A stretch of DNA of 64,000 nucleotides, from positions 32,001 through 96,000 of the forward strand of contig CAVZVA010000005.1 in the NCBI GenBank assembly GCA_963778655.1. The letters are read 5' to 3'. The DNA comes from an uncultured delta proteobacterium (GTDB taxonomy: Bacteria > Myxococcota_A > Polyangia > Polyangiales > JAFGIB01). The notes below the pieces were generated by a model. It ran no database searches. It saw only the letters and a program-made list of their open reading frames with translations, and was not told the DNA's origin. Position numbers and translations under genes: made by a program. Position 1 is the first letter of the stretch, and each line of letters opens with the position of its first letter. Positions 39,865 to 49,724 of the stretch are shown here, one piece after another.

Positions 39865-40581
39865 GTGAGAACGGACCACCGGCCGCTGTGGCTCAAGCGC
39901 GCCCTGACGCAGTACCACCGCGCCTGGGCCGAGCGCTTCCTGTGTCCCCAGTTCGACGCCGTTGGCCCCGGCCTGATCGTGTTCGGACCGCGCCACGTGG
40001 AGGTCAACGGCCCGCGGGTACGGCTCGGCCGCGACATCCACATGATGGCCACCGCGGACAAGCCGATCCGGTTCACGGTGTACGCGCAGCCCGGCGGAAA
40101 GATCGACCTCGGCGACTACACCATCGTGCTGCCGGGCGCGCGGTTGTCGTCCGCGACCGCCATCCGAGTGGGCAAGAACTGCATGTTCGCGACCAACAGC
40201 TACGTGACCGACGCCGACTGGCACGACCTCTACGACCGCACCGCCGCGCCCGGCAACAGTGAGCAGGTCGTGCTCGAGGACAACGTCTGGGTAGGCGACA
40301 GCGCGATCGTGTGCAAGGGCGTGACCGTGGGCGAGAACAGCGTGATCGGCGCCGGCGCGGTGGTCGCGAGCGACATCCCGAGCAATGCGATCGCAGTCGG
40401 CAACCCGGCGCGGGTGATCAAGCGCCTCGACCCTGCGCGCGCCCTGGTCCGACGCGAGACGCTGTTCAACCGCGACTTGAGCTACGAACAATGGATCGAC
40501 AACTTCGAGCGCTGGGTCCTCGCCCCCAACACCCTGCGCTCCTGGCTGCGCTCTCTGCTGGCACCGACGCGGGACTTGTAG
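39865..40581 (+). CDS. Hexapeptide-repeat O-acyltransferase
   Basis: IRVGKNCMFA..SYVTDADWHDLY, DNVWVGD, KGVTVGENSVIGAGAVV, AVGNPARV; GTG start chosen by analogy to the paralog. Confidence 0.85.
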   Translation: MRTDHRPLWLKRALTQYHRAWAERFLCPQFDAVGPGLIVFGPRHVEVNGPRVRLGRDIHMMATADKPIRFTVYAQPGGKIDLGDYTIVLPGARLSSATAIRVGKNCMFATNSYVTDADWHDLYDRTAAPGNSEQVVLEDNVWVGDSAIVCKGVTVGENSVIGAGAVVASDIPSNAIAVGNPARVIKRLDPARALVRRETLFNRDLSYEQWIDNFERWVLAPNTLRSWLRSLLAPTRDL

Positions 40582-40602
40582 CGGCGTAGTGGCTCGAACC
40601 GA

Positions 40603-40740
40603 TTCACAGGAAGGCGGGAAGAGCTTCTGGTGGCGAGACCCCCAAGCTCGTGCATGACGCTTGCGGCTTCGACGCCGCAGCCGATCGGGATCTGAGAATA
40701 TCGTCGGATCTTCCCGTCTTCCCGCCGTCCTGTTTCATGC
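40603..40740. repeat. CAGGAAGGCGGGAAG-family inverted repeat between convergent genes
   Basis: TCACAGGAAGGCGGGAAG ... CTTCCCGTCTTCCCGCCGTCCTGTTTC. Confidence 0.7.
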
Positions 40741-40763
40741 TCTGGCGAGTGCTCGCGCGTGCC

Positions 40764-41489
40764 TCAACTGCTCTTGTCGGGCCAGAGCAGGGTGCGCAGG
40801 TAGCCGTGTAGGGTGTTGCCGCGCAGGCGTTCGCGGTCGTAGTCGTCCTTGAAGTCGTGGTAGGGGCGTCCGCCGGCGAACAGGTGCTCGCGCCGACTGC
40901 TCGGCAGGCTGGGGTCGATCCGGCCGACCACCTTGGCCGGATTGCCGGCGGCAATGCTGTCGCGCGGGATGTCGCGGGTGACCACGGCGCGGGCGCCGAC
41001 CACGCAGTTGTCGCCGATGCGGACGCCCTTGCACACGGTGACGCTGTCCGCGAGCCATACGTTGTTGCCGATCGTGACCGCGGCGCGCTTGCCCGGATAG
41101 ATGCGGTGGTAGACGTCGTGCCAGTCGGCGTCCGTGACGTAGCAGTTCTCGGCCAGCATGCAGTTGTCGCCGATGCGCACCGACAGCGCCGAGCGAATGC
41201 GCACCCCCGTGGAGACCACGCAGTAGTCGCCGATCACGATCTCGCCTTCGCCCGCGCCACCGTCATAGGGGTTGACCGCAAGCGAGATCGGCGCGTGCGG
41301 CGCGCCGAAGGCGTGGAAATGATCGCCGACCCGGATGTTCGGGCCCTGCAGCAGGATGTAGCGCGCGCCCTGGAAGCGCGGCTCCTGGCCCACCGCGTCG
41401 AACTGCGGCAGCAAGAAGTGCCGCGCCCAGCCCTGGGCCATGGCGTTCAGGGCTTTCTGGCCCCAGAACGGGTGGTGATCGCGTCGCAC
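40764..41489 (-). CDS. Hexapeptide-repeat O-acyltransferase (paralog of 39865-40581)
   Basis: MRRDHHP, PQFDAVG, YVTDADWHDVY, NNVWLAD, KGVRIGDN, AAGNPAKV. Confidence 0.85.
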   Translation of the reverse strand: MRRDHHPFWGQKALNAMAQGWARHFLLPQFDAVGQEPRFQGARYILLQGPNIRVGDHFHAFGAPHAPISLAVNPYDGGAGEGEIVIGDYCVVSTGVRIRSALSVRIGDNCMLAENCYVTDADWHDVYHRIYPGKRAAVTIGNNVWLADSVTVCKGVRIGDNCVVGARAVVTRDIPRDSIAAGNPAKVVGRIDPSLPSSRREHLFAGGRPYHDFKDDYDRERLRGNTLHGYLRTLLWPDKSS

Positions 41490-41574
41490 GGCGCCGAGCC
41501 TACAGGATCTTCCCGCTGGAGAGGGCGCGCGTCCGGGTCTTTCCCGGCGCGTGTTTCTGCGCTACGCAAGCGGC

Positions 41575-42228
41575 ATGGCAGACGCGACCTCGCGCAGTGG
41601 CCAGCGGTACGCGACGCCCGCGATCATCGAGCTGCTGGAGCGCGTGCACGCGCCTCACGACGAGGCGCTGCGGCGCGCCTTCGAAGCGCCCGAGGCGCAC
41701 GGCATGCCCGCGATCCAGGTGGCGCCCTCGGAGGGCAAGCTGCTGGGTCTGATCCTGCGTCTGGCCGGCGCGCGCAAAGTGGTCGAGCTCGGCACGCTGG
41801 CCGGCTACTCCGCGATCCGCATGGCGCGCGCCCTGCCCGAAGACGGCAAGCTGTACACGATCGAGCTCGACCCCAAGCACGCCGAGGTCGCGCGCGCGAA
41901 TATCGAGGCCGCAGGGCTGGCGGCGCGCGTCGAGGTGCGGGTGGGGCCGGGGCTCGCCGTGCTCGCCGAGCTGTCCGCGCTCGGGCCGTTCGACGCGGTG
42001 TTCCTGGACGCGGACAAGGGCGGCTACCCGGAGTACGCGCGCTGGGCCGCGCAGCACCTGCGCCTGGGCGGCGTGTTGCTGGCCGACAACAGCTACTTCT
42101 TCGGCCAGTTGCTGCAGGACGAGCCCAGCGCGCGGGCCATGCGCGCGTTCCACGAGCAGCTGCCGGCCCATTTCGACAGCGTGTGCATTCCCACTCCGGA
42201 CGGCCTGGTGCTGGCCATCCGGCGCTGA
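41575..42228 (+). CDS. O-methyltransferase (cation-dependent, Methyltransf_3 / CCoAOMT-like)
   Basis: MPAIQVAPSEGKLL, VELGTLAGYS, FDAVFLDADKGGY, LLADN. Confidence 0.88.
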   Translation: MADATSRSGQRYATPAIIELLERVHAPHDEALRRAFEAPEAHGMPAIQVAPSEGKLLGLILRLAGARKVVELGTLAGYSAIRMARALPEDGKLYTIELDPKHAEVARANIEAAGLAARVEVRVGPGLAVLAELSALGPFDAVFLDADKGGYPEYARWAAQHLRLGGVLLADNSYFFGQLLQDEPSARAMRAFHEQLPAHFDSVCIPTPDGLVLAIRR

Positions 42229-42379
42229 CGCGGCGGGGCGTAGTCGTAACCGGTACAATCCCCGGAGTCCTGGCGCTGGCGGAGCGCCGGCTTGGAGTTA
42301 CAATGCGTGCCCCGACCGCGGCCCGACGCGCGCCCGCCCAGGTCGCCCGGCCGCGGGCCACGACTCACGAGGAACACGC

Positions 42380-45300
42380 TTGAGCGCAGTGCAACCCATT
42401 CGGCGCCTGGCCGTCGTCAACCGCGGCGAAGCGGCGATGCGCTGCATCCGCACGGTGAAAGCGCTGCGTGTGGTCGAGCGCAGCGACATGCAGGTGGTCG
42501 CGCTGTACACGGACGTCGACCGCGGGGCGCCCTACGTGCGCCATGCCGATCTGGCGGTGAAGCTGGCGCCGCGCGCCACGCCCGTGGCCAGCTACCTCGA
42601 TCACGCGCTGCTGCTGCAGACGCTGGAGCAGGTGCAGGCCGACGCGGTCTGGCCCGGCTGGGGCTTCGTGGCGGAATCGGCCGAGTTCGTGGACGCGCTG
42701 CAGCGCGCGGGCATCCGCTTTCTGGGCCCCTCCGGCGACACCATGCGTCGCCTCGGCGACAAGATCGCGAGCAAGCAGTTGGCCGAGCGCTTCGGCATCC
42801 CGGTCACCGCGTGGAGCGGTGGCGCGCTGGCCAGCGCCGAGGAGGCCGTGCGCTGCGCCGAGCAGCTCGGCTTGCCGCTGGTGCTCAAGGCGTCGGCCGG
42901 CGGCGGCGGCCGCGGCATTCGCGTGATCGAGGAGCTCGCGCGGCTGCCCGCGCAGTTCCAGTCGGCTGGCTCCGAGGCGCTCGGTGCGTTCGGCGACCGC
43001 CGGCTCTTCCTCGAGAAGATGGTGCGCGGGGGTCGCCACATCGAGGTGCAGATCGTGGCCGATCAGCACGGCTTCGTGCGCGCGCTCGGCTGCCGCGACT
43101 GTTCGGTGCAACGCCGCCACCAGAAGGTGATCGAGGAGGCGCCGCCGCAAGGGCTGCCCGAGGCGCTGCTGTCGGAGATGAAGCAGGCGGCCGAGCGCCT
43201 GGCGCGCGAGGTGAGCTACGCCGGCGTCGGCACGGTCGAGTTCCTGGTGGAAGAGGGCAGCGCTTTCTACTTCATGGAGATGAACCCGCGCCTGCAAGTC
43301 GAGCACGGAATCACCGAGGAGATCACCGGCCTCGATCTGGTGGAGCTGCAGATCCGGGTGGCGCGCGGCGAGCGCCTGGAGGGCTTGACGCTGCAGGAGT
43401 CGGGCTGCTGCATCGAGGCGCGCGTCTGCGCCGAGGACCCGGACGCGGGCTTCCTGCCGGCGCCCGGTCGCATCGCGCGCTTCGATCCCGCACTGGGGCC
43501 CTACCTGCGGGTGGACACCGGGGTCGCCTTCGGCAGCACGGTTCCGCCCGCGTTCGATTCGCTGATCGCCAAGCTGATGGCGCGCGGCACGACGCGCGAG
43601 CAGGCGCGCGCCCGGCTGTGCGCAGCGCTGCGCGACTTCGATCTGGTGATCGAAGGCGGCGCGAGCAACAAGGGTTACCTGCTCGAGGTGCTCGAGAGCG
43701 AAGACTACAGGCGCGCCGGCGTGGATACGCTGTGGCTCGACCGCTGGAACGCGGCGCGCAAGGGACCGCCCGCGCACGCGGCCGAAGCGCTGGTGCTGGC
43801 CGCGATCCTCGCCTATCGTGTCAACTGGCAGGCCGAGCGCCGCAACTTCTTCTCCGACACCAGCACCATCACCCCCGACAAGGTGCCGGCGGTTGCCGGC
43901 CGTGAGCTCGACCTCGAGTACCGCGGCGAATCGTACCGCGTGCAGGTGTTCTCGGTCGGCTCCTGGCGCTACCGCGTGCACCTGGACGACCGCGTGATCA
44001 GCGCGCGCTTCGGCGAGGTGGGGTTGCACACCGCGCGGGTGGTGATCTGCGGCCGCTACCACCGCGCGACCTACGACGTCACCGATGCGGCGATCCGTAT
44101 CGAGCTCGAGGGCTGCGTGCACCGCTTCGGCCTGCAGACCGCCGGTCAGGTGCGCGCGGGCGCGCCGTCGATGGTGGTGTCGATCGAAGTGACGCCGGGC
44201 CAGCGCGTCGCGGCCGGGCAGCACCTGGGGCTGCTCGAGGCGATGAAGATGGAGATCGGCTTCTCGGCGCCCGTCGCGGGCGTCGTGACCGACGTGCGCG
44301 CGGCGCGCGGCCAGCAGGTCGCCGCCGGCGATCTGCTGCTGGTCATCGATCCCTCGCGCGACGACAGCCATGCGGGCGGCGGCGAGCGCCTGCGCTTGGC
44401 GCAGGAGGACGATCCGCTGTGGCCGCTGTTCAGCCGCGCCCAGGACGGGGAGCTTGCCGCGCCCGACCTGCTGGCGGCCGAGCGCGCGCCGGCCCAGCAG
44501 CGCGAGATCGCGCTCACGGCCGTCAGCGCAGAGGTCGAGCGCACGATGCTGGGCTGGGACGTGTATCAGCCGCGTTTCGAGAAGCTCCTGGAGCTCCTCG
44601 ATGCGCCGCTGCCGGAGGGGCTCTCGCTCGAGCTGCGCAACGGGCTGTGCAACGTCCGCAACGGGTTGCTCGCGTTCGCCGACGTGGACCAGCTGTTCTC
44701 CCACGTGCGGCGCGTCGAGGAGGGTGGCACGCTCGGCCCCTCCAACAACGCGCGCCTGCGCGTGTACCTGCGGCGCATGCACAGCAAGGGCGCAGGCATC
44801 GCGCAGGACTTTCTGGACATGCTGGGCGCGGCGCTGCGCCACTACGATATCGGGTCGCTCGACTACTCGGAGGACGTCGAGCGCGCGCTGTTGCGCATGT
44901 TCGCTTCGCAGCGAGATCCGACGCACCGTCGGCGGTTGTTGATGGCGGTGCTGCGCCGGCTGATCGCGCTGGTGAGCTCGGGCATCTCGCTGGTCGACGA
45001 CCTGGAGCTGCGCGACGCGTTGGTGCGGATCGCGGCGATGCGCGGCGAGATCAGCAACGCCTTGGCCGACACGGCGCTGGAGGCTCACTACCGCGCCTAC
45101 CAGGGCGCCGACCTGGCGCGCCAGGCCGAGAGCACGACGCGCCATCTGGAGCGCTGGCTGGCGGACGCGGAGAGCGCGGGCCAGGCCCCTTCGCCGCCGG
45201 CGGAGGTGCTGGAGGATCTGGCGCTGGCGCCCGCGGCGGTGTTCGCGCGCGTCGAGGATTGGTTTCGGGCCGGCGACCGCTGGAAGCAGGTGGTCGCGCT

Positions 45301-47992
45301 CTCCGCCTACGTGCGCCGCCTGTACGCGCCGAGAAAGCCCGAGTCGCACCGCTCCGAGCTGGTCGACGGGCGCTGGATCGACCGCTCGCGCTACGGCGGC
45401 AAGCTGGTGCTCGGGGCGGTGTGCGGGCAAGACGGCCTGGCCGCCGCGCTGCGCGGCCTGGCCGGCGTCGCCACCGCACCCGACACGCTCGCGCTCGAGG
45501 TGGTCGCGGTGGTTGCCGACGAGGTGAGCGCCGGCGAGCTGGCCGAGCGCTTCGCCGTGCTGTTGCCCGCCGATGCGCCCGTGGCACGGGCGACGCTATC
45601 TCTGCTGTGGCCCGGCGGCAGCACGCACTACAGCTTTGCCCGTTCCGAAGGCGGCTTCGCGCTGATGGCGCTGCACGGGCTGCACCCGGAGACCGCGGCG
45701 CGCATCGATCTCGGTCGCTACGACAACTTCGAGCTCGAGCGGCTGTGGTCGCCCGAGGACATCTACTGCTTCTACGCCCGCGCGCGCCAGGATCCCGAGG
45801 ACGAGCGCCTGTTCGTGCTCGGCGACGTGCGCGCGCGTCCCGCTGCCCAAGGCCACGACGCCGAGCTGTTCACGCCGATCTTCGAGCGCGCCTTTCAAGA
45901 GGCGGCGCGAACGCTGCGGCTCAACCTCGGCATTCGCGACCCGCGCCGCCGGTTGCAGTGGAACCGGCTGGCGATGCACATGGCCCACCCAGTGGTCATC
46001 GACGCCGTGACCGCGCAGCGCATGGCGCGCCGCCTGCTGTCGAACATCCGCTATCTGGGCGTGGAAAAGACGATCGTGCGGCTCAAGCTGCTCAACGCCG
46101 AGCGGCCGCGCGAGGTGCCGCGCGAGGTCGAGGTGGTCGGCTCCGACCTGGCCTCGAGCCGGCTCGAGCTCGGCTGGCGGCGGCCGCGGCGCCAGCCGCT
46201 GGTGCCGGCCTCGCCCTACGAGCGCAAGGTGGCCGAGGCGCGCCGCCGCGGCCTGGTCTATCCTTACGTGCTGATCCGCATGCTCACCAGCGGCAACGAG
46301 GCGCGCGAGCGGGTCGCCGAGGAGGCCGAGCGGGACCGGCGGCCGGTGCTGCCGGTGGGCAGCTTCGAGGAATACGATCTCGACGCCGGCGCTAAATCGC
46401 CCACGGCGGTGAGCGTGGCGGGCCGTGCGCTCGGGCAGAACGCGAGCGCGATCGTGTTCGGCATCATGAGCACGCCGACCGCCAAGGTGCCCGAGGGCAT
46501 GCGGCGCGTGCTGGTGCTCTCCGATCCCACGCGCGGGATGGGCGCGCTGTCCGCGCCCGAGTGCGACCGCCTGGTGGCAGCGATCGACCTGGCGGAGAAG
46601 CTCTCGCTGCCGCTCGAATGGCTGCCGATCTCGAGCGGCGCGCGCATCGCGATGGATAGCGGCACCGAGAACATGGACGCGACCGCGCGCGTGGTGCGAC
46701 GCATCGTGACCTTCACCCAGGCCGGCGGGGTGATCCACCTGATCGTGGCCGGCATCAACATCGGCGCGCAGAGCTACTGGGACGCGCTGGCGACCATGCT
46801 GATGCACACCAAGGGCGTGCTGATCATGACGCCCGAGGCTTCGATGGTGCTTACCGGGAGCGCGGCGCTGGCGGCCGCCGGCTCGGTCAGCGCGGAGGAC
46901 GAGGTCACGATCGGCGGCCACGAGCGCGTGATGGGACCGAACGGACAGGCGCAGTACTTCGCGCCCGATTTGCTCAGCGCCTACCAGCTGCTCTACCGCC
47001 ACTATGCGTTTACCTACGTGGTGCCGGGCGAGCGCGCGCCGCGCAGGCGCGAGAGCAGCGATTCTGCGCAACGTGACGTGCGCGAATTCCCCTACGCCGC
47101 CAACCCGGCCTCCGGCTCCGGGCAGGACTTCGCGCGCGTGGGCGATGTGTTCGACGAGGAGAAGAACCCCGGCCGCAAGCGTCCCTTCTCGATGCGCGCG
47201 TTGATGCGTGCGGTGGTCGACGCGGACGGCGACTACCTGGAGCGCTGGGGCAGCCACGTGGGCGCAGAGACGGCGATCGTGTGGGACGCGCACCTCGGCG
47301 GCCATCCGATCTGCCTGCTCGGCATCGAGAGCCAGAACGTGCCGCGCGTCGGTTACCGCCCGTCGGACGGCCCGGAGGAGTGGAACGGCGGCACGCTGTT
47401 TCCGCAGTCGAGCAAGAAGCTGGCGCGCGCGCTCAACGCCGCCAGCGGCAATCGCCCCGCGGTGATCCTGGCGAACCTGTCCGGTTTCGACGGCTCGCCC
47501 GAATCGATGCGCAAGCTGCAGCTCGAGTACGGCGCCGAGATCGCGCGCGCGGTGGTGAGCTTCCAGGGCCCGATCCTGTTCCTGGTGGTCTCGCGCTATC
47601 ACGGCGGGGCCTACGTGGTGTTCTCGCGCGAGCTGAGCGCGAGCGTGCGCGCGCTGGCGCTCGAGGGCTCCTACGCCTCGGTGATCGGCGGCGGGCCCGC
47701 GGCCACGGTGGTTTTCGCGCGCGAGGTGCGTGCCCGAGTGGCGGCCGATCCGCGCATCCAGGCCCTGCGCGCGCGGTTGCAGGACGCGCCCGACGCCGAT
47801 CAGCGGGCCGCGTTCGACCGGCTGCGCCGTGACGTCACGATCGAGAAGCGCGGCGAGGTCGCGGCGGAGTTCGACTCGATCCACACCGTCGAGCGCGCGA
47901 TGCGGGTGGGCTCGCTCGAAGGGATCATCGCCGCGGCCGAGGTGCGCCCGCGGCTGATCGCGCTGCTCGACCAGCACGGCGAGCGGGGCTGA
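42380..47992 (+). CDS. Single-chain multidomain acyl-CoA carboxylase (BC-BCCP-central-CT)
   Basis: BC: NRGEAA, WPGWGF, KASAGGGGRGIR, CSVQRRHQK, EMNPRLQVEH; biotin site EAMKM; CT: SSGARI, ANLSGFDGS, GGAYVV. Confidence 0.92.
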   Translation: MSAVQPIRRLAVVNRGEAAMRCIRTVKALRVVERSDMQVVALYTDVDRGAPYVRHADLAVKLAPRATPVASYLDHALLLQTLEQVQADAVWPGWGFVAESAEFVDALQRAGIRFLGPSGDTMRRLGDKIASKQLAERFGIPVTAWSGGALASAEEAVRCAEQLGLPLVLKASAGGGGRGIRVIEELARLPAQFQSAGSEALGAFGDRRLFLEKMVRGGRHIEVQIVADQHGFVRALGCRDCSVQRRHQKVIEEAPPQGLPEALLSEMKQAAERLAREVSYAGVGTVEFLVEEGSAFYFMEMNPRLQVEHGITEEITGLDLVELQIRVARGERLEGLTLQESGCCIEARVCAEDPDAGFLPAPGRIARFDPALGPYLRVDTGVAFGSTVPPAFDSLIAKLMARGTTREQARARLCAALRDFDLVIEGGASNKGYLLEVLESEDYRRAGVDTLWLDRWNAARKGPPAHAAEALVLAAILAYRVNWQAERRNFFSDTSTITPDKVPAVAGRELDLEYRGESYRVQVFSVGSWRYRVHLDDRVISARFGEVGLHTARVVICGRYHRATYDVTDAAIRIELEGCVHRFGLQTAGQVRAGAPSMVVSIEVTPGQRVAAGQHLGLLEAMKMEIGFSAPVAGVVTDVRAARGQQVAAGDLLLVIDPSRDDSHAGGGERLRLAQEDDPLWPLFSRAQDGELAAPDLLAAERAPAQQREIALTAVSAEVERTMLGWDVYQPRFEKLLELLDAPLPEGLSLELRNGLCNVRNGLLAFADVDQLFSHVRRVEEGGTLGPSNNARLRVYLRRMHSKGAGIAQDFLDMLGAALRHYDIGSLDYSEDVERALLRMFASQRDPTHRRRLLMAVLRRLIALVSSGISLVDDLELRDALVRIAAMRGEISNALADTALEAHYRAYQGADLARQAESTTRHLERWLADAESAGQAPSPPAEVLEDLALAPAAVFARVEDWFRAGDRWKQVVALSAYVRRLYAPRKPESHRSELVDGRWIDRSRYGGKLVLGAVCGQDGLAAALRGLAGVATAPDTLALEVVAVVADEVSAGELAERFAVLLPADAPVARATLSLLWPGGSTHYSFARSEGGFALMALHGLHPETAARIDLGRYDNFELERLWSPEDIYCFYARARQDPEDERLFVLGDVRARPAAQGHDAELFTPIFERAFQEAARTLRLNLGIRDPRRRLQWNRLAMHMAHPVVIDAVTAQRMARRLLSNIRYLGVEKTIVRLKLLNAERPREVPREVEVVGSDLASSRLELGWRRPRRQPLVPASPYERKVAEARRRGLVYPYVLIRMLTSGNEARERVAEEAERDRRPVLPVGSFEEYDLDAGAKSPTAVSVAGRALGQNASAIVFGIMSTPTAKVPEGMRRVLVLSDPTRGMGALSAPECDRLVAAIDLAEKLSLPLEWLPISSGARIAMDSGTENMDATARVVRRIVTFTQAGGVIHLIVAGINIGAQSYWDALATMLMHTKGVLIMTPEASMVLTGSAALAAAGSVSAEDEVTIGGHERVMGPNGQAQYFAPDLLSAYQLLYRHYAFTYVVPGERAPRRRESSDSAQRDVREFPYAANPASGSGQDFARVGDVFDEEKNPGRKRPFSMRALMRAVVDADGDYLERWGSHVGAETAIVWDAHLGGHPICLLGIESQNVPRVGYRPSDGPEEWNGGTLFPQSSKKLARALNAASGNRPAVILANLSGFDGSPESMRKLQLEYGAEIARAVVSFQGPILFLVVSRYHGGAYVVFSRELSASVRALALEGSYASVIGGGPAATVVFAREVRARVAADPRIQALRARLQDAPDADQRAAFDRLRRDVTIEKRGEVAAEFDSIHTVERAMRVGSLEGIIAAAEVRPRLIALLDQHGERG

Positions 47993-48488
47993 GAGCCGTC
48001 AGGCCGATCGCGAGCTTGCCTGGGCCGCTGCGTGAGGCGGCGGGCGACTCCCCGCGCTGGGTCCCGAGGGCTCGAGCTTTTCGCCCCGAGAGCATCCCGG
48101 CTCTTCGGGCGCGAGCGCGAGCGAGACGGGGTCGAGCCAGGATCGCGCGCGCGCGATCAGCTAACCAGTTGGTGAACACAACCAATGCGCCGCGTCGACC
48201 TTTTGCGGCGGAAGGGCCCTACCCCAAGAATTGGCTAAGAAAATGCCAAGGATGGTTCAAGGACTTGAGGTCGCATCAGGTGGGAAAGTTCTGCACAGGT
48301 GGTGCGCTCTAGACTGGGCGGGAGGCTGTGCAAATGGCAGGTGTAGCGAACGCGCTGGTGCCCGATCTCTGCGAGATCGCCAGCGCCATCGCGACGCTGC
48401 GGGCTGTTTGCACGGCCGGCTCGGCCAGCCGGGTTCGGGGGGGTCCGGACCACGTCCGGGAGAGCTTCGGCCGTAGGGGCTTGGCGTA

Positions 48489-49682
48489 ATGATCCGCACA
48501 ATCGCAAGAAGGAGAAGTCCGACTATGCAGCGCGCGCCGACCCATGGTGACTGGTCCTTGCCGGTTCCCGTCTCGCCCCGAGAGATCGATCAACTGCTTC
48601 CGCTTGGGAGCATCGCGGCGCGCAGTCAGAAGCGACCGGAGCGTCGCGTGTCGATCCGCCTGGCCTGGCCCTTTGCGCGGCTGGTGGGTGGAGACGACGC
48701 GGAGATGCAGATCCTCGCCCGCGAGGGGATCGGCCTGGCCGAGGTCGCCGATCCGGAGGTGCGCCTGCGGCACGCCGCGGCGATGGAGCTGTTGCAGCAC
48801 GCGGTCGAGCGGACGGGCGATCCGGCGCTGGGCCTGCACGCGGCCGAGAGCCTGGAGGCCACGGATCTGGATGTGCTCGAGCACGTCACGCGCACCTGCG
48901 CCACGCTGCGCGATGCGATCGCCTGCTTCGCGCGCTTTTCGTATCTGCTGAACGAGTCGGCGGAAGTCTGCCTGGAAGAGGGCAGGGCGCTGGCTCGGGT
49001 GGCCTGGCTGGCCGCCGACGAGGTGGCGCAGGTGCCCGCGGCCAACGACTTCCTGGCAGCCGGCACGCTCGCGCTCTGGCGCCGCAACACCGGGGTGCAG
49101 GCGCTCGCGAGCGAGGTCCATCTTGCGCACGAGCAGGCGACCGACGCCGCGGAGTACGCGCGCGTGTTCGGGTGCAGGGTCCGGCTGCGCACGCCGCAGA
49201 CCGCGCTGGTACTGCCCAGGTCGGCGCTCGATCTGCCCATGCTGAGAGCCAACCGCGCGCTTCACGCAGCCTTCGAGCTGCACGCCGGTACGCTGCTCTC
49301 GCGTTTGCGCGAGGACGCCGGCTCGGCCGCGCGCGTGCGCGAAATCGTGCTGGGCCAGCTCTCGGGCGGCGACACCAGCATGGAGACGGTCGCGCGCAAG
49401 ATGGCGATGAGCGTGGCCACCCTGCGCAGGCGGCTCGAGGAGGAGGACACCAGCCATCGGCAGATCCTCGACGAGGCGCGCTATCAGCTGGCCGTGCGCT
49501 ATCTGTGCGACCGGCAGATGGCGACCAGCGAAGTCGCCTTCCTGCTGGGCTTCTCGCACGTCACCGCGCTTCACAAGGCGTTCAAGCGCTGGACCGGCGG
49601 CGTCACGCCGGCGGAGTTCCGCGCGCGCGAGCGCCTGCAGCGCGCCGCCGAGCGCCCCGCGGTGGCGGTGGGCGGCGAATAG
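48489..49682 (+). CDS. AraC-family transcriptional regulator (OruR/Arabinose_bd_2 type)
   Basis: TGDPALGLH N-terminal domain; C-terminal MSVATLRRRL...EVAFLLGFS...FKRWTG; start uncertain, possibly further downstream. Confidence 0.88.
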   Translation: MIRTIARRRSPTMQRAPTHGDWSLPVPVSPREIDQLLPLGSIAARSQKRPERRVSIRLAWPFARLVGGDDAEMQILAREGIGLAEVADPEVRLRHAAAMELLQHAVERTGDPALGLHAAESLEATDLDVLEHVTRTCATLRDAIACFARFSYLLNESAEVCLEEGRALARVAWLAADEVAQVPAANDFLAAGTLALWRRNTGVQALASEVHLAHEQATDAAEYARVFGCRVRLRTPQTALVLPRSALDLPMLRANRALHAAFELHAGTLLSRLREDAGSAARVREIVLGQLSGGDTSMETVARKMAMSVATLRRRLEEEDTSHRQILDEARYQLAVRYLCDRQMATSEVAFLLGFSHVTALHKAFKRWTGGVTPAEFRARERLQRAAERPAVAVGGE

Positions 49683-49724
49683 CCGCGCCTGATCGAGCTT
49701 GCGAACCGAGCTTATGGGCGGGAG

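Noticed and set aside
42365..47977. Long antisense ORFs (e.g. 42365-45430, 45596-47977) and similar shadows opposite smc, ggt and glpK
   Set aside because: Expected shadow frames of high-GC3 genes; no motifs
47999..48165. Possible third MITE after the carboxylase gene
   Set aside because: Terminal similarity (GCCGATCGCGAGC vs GCTGATCGCGCGC) is short and GC-rich, with no clear target duplication
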